Of a DNA stretch of 64,000 nucleotides, positions 57,740 through 64,000 are shown piece by piece. Numbering within the stretch: the first letter of the stretch is position 1; each line of letters opens with the position of its first letter. The position numbers and the translations under genes are program-made. The stretch is taken from NCBI GenBank assembly GCA_964016885.1, contig OZ024742.1, positions 275,280,001-275,344,000 of the forward strand, given 5' to 3'. The notes beneath the pieces are model-generated. The model worked only from the letters and a program-made list of their open reading frames with translations. It was not told the origin of the DNA and made no database searches. This DNA is from Eledone cirrhosa (taxonomy: Eukaryota).

Positions 57740-58940
57740 CCACCTATCTACATATTTTGAGTATTTTTGTATCCTGGCAATCACCACTAACTTTCATATA
57801 CTCATTCTTCAATATGTGCATGCGTATACACCCTTCCACATCTTCGCATTCCGATATAGATTCTTCTATGCATTCATGTGTCGAAAACCTGTTCTCGTGT
57901 GTTACTAGATGTTGAGGTCTTTGCTGTTCCATTCCTGTTTTCTGTTAGAGATGTTGCTTATTTGATCGGTCTAGGTATTGCATCACTTCAATATTTTCTA
58001 TTGCGTCAACATACTTGATATGATTGATATGTTGACGGGCATATTGATTTCTCGCCTGAACTTCTGTCCATCTTTTCGTACACTAAGTTTCTCCTATGTA
58101 CGTTGTGCGGGTGTGTATCTTATACCATATAGCATATTTCTAGTTCTGCAATCTTCCTGTGGTCTTATCTTGCTGGCTACGCAATGTCTATCAGGTGAGG
58201 ATGAAAGTTTTCTTAAAAACGTAAATCCTTCTGGTTAGGGTTTTAATAAATATACTTGGTTTTTCTCCAAACTTAATTCTAAGATTCGGTTTATCTAAAG
58301 TGCTTCTAAAATCATATGCTAATCGACTATAGGAGTAGCCTCAATGAATATCATACTTTTGTACATTTTTAATTATAACCTGAGTATGCTAGCAACATAA
58401 AGAAAAACTACCTGATGAGAAAATATGTACATCAATATACACTCTCAACAGGCGCAATGTGTCCAAACACGGAAGAGCCGAATTCCCATCATCATCACCC
58501 CCATCTCTCTCACCCAACAGCCCCGGCGGACAGAATGGAGGTGTTTCTCCGGAGGAGGGTAAGGCAGATGCGCTGGAAGACCCATTCCATCTCACAAGGC
58601 TCACACCGGGGGCTGGCCAGCTTAGCTCCTATGGTGGTGAGTAGAGAAGTAGCCCTAGGGCCAAGGACACCAGAAGTCTCCATTGCCAAGGGCACGACCG
58701 CAAACCTGTCGGAAGGCGACCGTTGACCTTGATAATTTTCTCGACGGTATTCCCATCCGCATTGTTATCTATGATAGTTTTCAGTTTTGCCTTTGTTCCC
58801 TTGTACACTCTGATCCTATAATATTTGTTGTAACTGGAGAACTGCTTGCGATGGGTGGAGTGATGTGTGTGGCATTCTAGTTCAATGGATCCCACATGCA
58901 GAAAACGTTCTTCTCCGCTCTTACCATATCCACTATTAGG
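57740..58940 (-). mobile_element. Very decayed R4-like remnant interrupted by a CRE-like 3' fragment (about 58410-58722)
   Basis: PLAMETSGVLGP..EP.E..W.FQRI.L..LR.N..IL resembles the C-terminus of CRE-clade RLE proteins; flanks show weak RT/thumb-like remnants. Confidence 0.5.
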
Positions 58941-59677
58941 AAGTAAATTTTAATATCTGAAATTACAAAGCTCTGGTGGATTTGAAGCACATATAGATGG
59001 GTGCAAATGTACATACTCGCAAAAACATACACATACATTTACCCTCTTATGAACACATATAATTGAAAGTATAATATTCCCTCATAGATAGATACATGCA
59101 TACACGCAGATATAGTTGGGTGCATGCATTTCTATATTCATATATTCCTTTATACATAAATACATACATGTACATATGCATACATACAAACATACATACT
59201 TATAATTATACATACATACATACATACATACGTACATGCTGCATAGGTGTAGCTTGTGTTTAGAATCTGGCAGGCTATTTTCGTTTTAATTTAGAACACA
59301 CTGAAAGTGTTGACAAGTAGAAAATTGCTCTTTTCTTATGAAAATGATGACTGATCAGATTATTCGATTCATCAGTCTTTTTGGCATGTTTCCCGGCAAT
59401 CTTCAAGCATAATCTTTCTGCTGAAGAAATTACCACCAAACATTTCTATACAATTCAATCAACTCTTCTACTTTTGCCGTCAAGAGAGTGACCGCATTTC
59501 ATTCTGACACACTTCTGCTTAAACAGTCGTTGGCCAGAATGTATAGCATGCCATCGAACAAAAGGATAGCTTTTTTAACAGAACCCTAATTTCAATTAGG
59601 TGACAGAACCCTACATTCAATTTCGACAAACGTACACAATGCACTATATATACATTCTCTGCATTCGTTGAAATATA

Positions 59678-59845
59678 CCGCATTTCCCGGCGCCGAAGAC
59701 GCTTCGTCCTCGAGGACGCACCCTTATTTTGACAACCAAAAATTTCCTCCAAAATGATAAACAACCTTCGGCCTCCAGGACGCATGGTAGATTTTTTAGA
59801 CTTATTTAAGGGAATAAGTAGCGCCTTCGACGCCGGGAAAGACGG
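59678..59845. mobile_element. MITE, Tc2/pogo-like
   Basis: Imperfect 25-bp TIRs ccgcatttcccggcgccgaagacgc / gcgccttcgacgccgggaaagacgg with TA on both sides. Confidence 0.7.
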
Positions 59846-60047
59846 TACATATACACATAAATACATATATAGAAATTTCTCCCACCATATTTCTTTCTCT
59901 CACATTTGCTCTCTACACACAAACACAGTATCAAAACCGAAAGCACGTGCACACAAAACCACATACATACACTCACACATACACACACACGCGCGCGCGC
60001 ACACACATACACACATACATATATATATATATATTTATATAATAAAA

Positions 60048-61565
60048 GAGAAAAGAATAACATGGTCGCCTTTACAAAAAGTGTTTATTTACAGTATTAA
60101 CAATTGTTTCTTTAATCAGGTCAGTCTAAAGACTGCTGATTACTAGATCGACCTTAATTACAGTGTGTGTCTCTGATCACATCATCTGAATACGAGGAAC
60201 CTGCACACAGGAAGGCCTCGAAGTGTAGTTGCCACCTACCGGATAAATGCCCACTGTAGAATAGATATATGGAATCAAATATTGTATACCTGTGAACTAT
60301 CAAATCTGCCAACCTGGCATGGCACTACATCGGTTCTACGACTGGTAATTTCAAAAAAAGATGGTTTGTGCATAGACACTCTATAAAAACAGTAAGCTTG
60401 GTAATACAACGACGCTGGCCAATAAAATCTGGCAGCGTGATGACATCAACCAGGAATATGAGATTAGCTGGTCGAAGTAATCGAGTTCAAGGGCCTACAG
60501 AAATGGAATGTCCCACTGCGGACTATGCAATATGGAGCTGCTCAATATCTTAAAATATAATAAAATGTTGCTTGATAACAAGATAGAACGAACAATCTTC
60601 TGTAGGCACAAAGCAGCCACCAAATTTTCCAACTTCAAACCGCGACCGGCATAATTCGATCTACCAATCTTAATATTCAATCAAAACCACTCGGACTTAA
60701 ATGTACTAACTTTACACCGCTCCACTGTTATTAGCTGTCAGCTGACCAACTGGTCATTAAATCAACTTCGGGAACCCCTCAACCTTTCTTTCCTTTTCTC
60801 TCTATAGTCGCATCACCTCCATTAAGATAAAACAGTCAAACTACCCGACCTTAATCACCCTTATGTCATCACTGTCCCTTTTACTTTTTATTCTCTATTT
60901 ATCTATTTACTGTTCTCTGATTTTTATTCTTATCCTTTGTTTCATCTTCGAACGTTATTATACGTTATTCTTTATCTCCTGTTCTTTATCTTTTTCTCTT
61001 ATTTCTTTATTTTAACCTTATTATATTTTTGCATATTTATTTCGCCAATTCATGAACTCAATAACTTTATTAGTGCGGCGTCCCTCACCAACATTTCGCC
61101 TATCATATATCGTATTTCTTTTCATGTTATTGTTATCATTACTGTCATTATTCTTTTATACATCCACCTACTCACCATTATAACTTCGACTACCACCACC
61201 ACTTCTACTATTTATTATTATTATTATTATTATTTATTATTTTTTTACTATTGTTGCTTTTGTTTTCATTTATATTATTCTCCGCTGTATCTATAAATAC
61301 CGGTGCCTTGTATTACACCCTTCAGTATCCCGATGATTTGCTCAGAAACACACACTGTATTTAAGGTCATGTGACGTAATTTCTAGCGATCAGCGGCCTT
61401 TAGACTCACCTGATTAATGAAAGAATTGTTAATACTGTAAATAAACCCTTTTTGTACTGCCGACCTATTATTACTCCACGAACTACCTAACTAGGGTAAC
61501 TTCTTGTTGAATCAAAACTATCCACAGTACAGTGTACTCACGACCTCTAGCTGGAATACATTAAA
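60048..61565 (+). mobile_element. 5'-truncated, decayed PLE: GIY-YIG remnant, pseudo-LTR and inverted arm
   Basis: CSC..KCPL..NIVY..YIGSTTGNFKKRW..H and CGLCNME..CRH (60220-60620); 60048-60195 inverted vs 61323-61475; degenerate hammerheads with CAATTG loop. Confidence 0.75.
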
Positions 61566-61642
61566 CGATACTTTGTTATACTTTATATATATATATATAT
61601 ATGTGTGTGTGTATATATATATTATGTATATATATTATATAT

Positions 61643-62190
61643 TTGTCGGGTCACTCTTGAGTGCTACTGGTAATATGTAACCCAGTACAACCTGTCGCAT
61701 GGTCGGCGACTTTATCGGCAACCCCACCAAGTTTTCTTGGTGAGGAGGGTGATTTTGGACACCCTGCAGGACAAAAAACAAAACCTGACAAAGGGCGGAA
61801 GAACTCACAAGAGTCAACGGCCATCCAAAAGTGTGTAAATATGTATATACACATGTACATATGTATGTATATGTGTATATACATGGGTGCATGTGTATGT
61901 ATATGCGCGGGGACATAGAAATAGTCGGGATAGACACCCGATCGCGTGATTAAACCACTGGGAGTGAAGGACACCTAGCCTTTGTCAGGGCATTCTTCTA
62001 GAAGAAGGCAACTCAGGAAACTGGGAATACTTCGATATAAAACCTGCGGCTCAGTATTTACCAATGATGTCGATCTTTTATCTTTTCGGGTTATAGCTAC
62101 TGTCGCCCAGAGAGTGGGATTGGCTCAGTACACAGTCTTTCATCACTTTAAAAAATATCTTCACGCACAGGCATTGCACGCTGGAACTAA
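61643..62190. mobile_element. Diverged inverted copy of the 30992-31601 repeat, with internal microsatellite
   Basis: tgctactggtaatatgtaacccagtacaacctg..caaccccaccaag..ttggtgaggagggtga is the reverse complement of 31480-31600. Confidence 0.7.
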
Positions 62191-62276
62191 TTAATAATTA
62201 TTAATAATGGTATATCGTGCAATGGCTATACTCGATAACGAAGGGGCAGCCATTATATATGAATGCATGTATATAT

Positions 62277-64000
62277 TAGTGGGGGTCGAAATTTTATATT
62301 CTGATTCCAGATATTGCTTGGTGTTCATTTTGATGCGAGAAATAAATTAACAAATTTTCAAAAGTATGCGATCACCCATACACCTCACATAGATCCCCAC
62401 CCCCAATTCTGAGTTTTGAATACTGAAAATTTAAGGGACTGTAAACTTGTTTTAATGCTATTAACTTTGTATTGGTTAGATATTACCTATAAAACTTTTT
62501 TTTATAAATTATATGCATCCCCCGCCTCAGCTAAAAACATTTATTGGAATCCATTTATATTAATTCTTTTCATAAAAAAGCCTACATTAAGAAGAGTCCT
62601 TTCAATGCATAAATAATGAAAATTCTTAATGACTATTATTATAGTCAATAAAAAACCTATGCACGAACATCAAAAGAAATACCTGAACAGTGAACACCAT
62701 AAAATAAGCATTAATAGTATTTACTATTCAATTAAATGACCATTGTCTTTTCCTGTACAAATGAGGTAAACTTTGTCTTGATTTCTGTAAATTTAATATG
62801 ACTTTGTGCCTATTATCGTAGCCTATTCTGACTTCAGAAGATTTTGTCACTAAATTTAAAGCATGCTAAACTCCTTGGACATGAGAGGGAAGAGGTATTG
62901 CTCTTAATGGTCCTGAACGATCTTTGTAAAGTTCCGTAAAACTAGAGGGGATTTTATAATTTCATTTTCCCAGTTAATTAAATCATCATGATCCTGTGCT
63001 TCAAAATTAATTCAGCTTGGTAGTCTGAAATTTCTTGATTCTTCACAAGATATTCGGGGAAAAATTCTTACTTTAATAATTCGCTTAATTGCTACTTCCC
63101 TAATTTGTCTTCTTCCATCATTCAGCATAGTCAGTAAAATATTCTCCAGATGGGCAAAATACGAATTAGTTTTTAACGATTACTCCATAACTTCTTGATG
63201 ATCTTGGTTCATATCTTGCATTAGAAGTTCCATATACCAAACATTACTTGCTCCTTCATGTAACTTTGGGTGTGATTTAATCTAGAACCAGCTTGGAACA
63301 TAAACGTGCGTTATGATTTTAACAAGATCCATAGTATTCTTTGGGGTAGTTTTTTCTGGCACGTGTTAACCACCTTGCATTATGGATTTTACCAGGTGAT
63401 TTTGCTGCTAGCTGCTCAGAAACAAACCCTGTCTCAATACTGAGGGACATTTCATACAGATATTTTTGATCTGAGCTTCTAATGGTAATGATAACTAGTT
63501 GAAGCAACGTTCATATCTAAGCCCATCTTTGCCTTCCTGTTTTCAAATCTTTGCCCTCTTTCTGCAGTTTTTTCTACCTGAAGTTATTTCTCTATCTAAA
63601 AGCCCTAACTGATTAAATATTTTTTTCTGTCCAACAAATGCTTCCCATTCCATTATTAGTATTCTTATGTTACAGCTACAGCCAGATATTTTTACTTGTT
63701 TATTATAACACGTGCAGGGACATATATCAAACATTTCACTGAACTCCTCTACTTTCTTATCAAAACTATTTCCTCTTTGCTTGTTAGGTATTTCATTATA
63801 AGCTGATTCAACCAATCTCTCAATTTTTAGAGCTATTCCCTAAAACCCAATATAAGGAAAAGAAAATTTGTCCCATATTGTTTGCACATCTGCAGCAACA
63901 ATCCGGTAGCATTATTTCGCTGTGGGTGAAATTTGTTTATATGTTCTTCACGTTGTCTTATATATAAATAATGTCGGAATACATCAGCCTTTGATGGGGT
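62277..64000 (-). mobile_element. Decayed DNA transposon, hATm-like transposase remnant (continues past the window end)
   Basis: SSDQKYLYE..PGKIHNARWLT, YFAHLENILLTML, LPSHVQGV..LVTKSS, FDICPCTC; many stops. Confidence 0.6.

Noticed and set aside
59754-59850. Exon-like ORF MINNLRPPGRMVDF..
   Set aside because: It lies inside the MITE at 59678-59845

Overview
AT-rich eukaryotic (metazoan) DNA made almost entirely of transposable elements and microsatellites. I found no convincing host gene; the SINE sequences suggest an octopus-like cephalopod (inference). 1-9.85 kb: head-to-tail stack of 5'-truncated R4/Dong-clade non-LTR retrotransposons (two families; RT + CCHC + restriction-like endonuclease) separated by (TAA)n, including a 2091-bp tandem duplication. 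9.85-14.1 kb: two Tx1/L1-type elements on the opposite strand, also sitting in TAA tracts. 14.8-61.5 kb: dominated by Penelope-like elements (PLEs). There are two long RT+GIY-YIG elements with inverted pseudo-LTRs, and many short non-coding fold-back or tandem elements inserted in (TA)n. Reading by eye finds more than 20 type I hammerhead ribozyme motifs (stem I-CUGANGA-stem II-GAAA-stem III-UH-stem I), many with self-complementary loop III. They include tandem monomers of about 320, 377, 415 and 550 nt that look like retrozyme/circRNA units. Also present: a hAT element with TIRs and 8-bp TSD, a hATm-like remnant, a Tc2/pogo-like MITE, tRNA-derived SINEs and decayed R4/CRE fragments. Most short ORFs in the track are microsatellite artefacts. 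All structures were paired by eye; boundaries are approximate.
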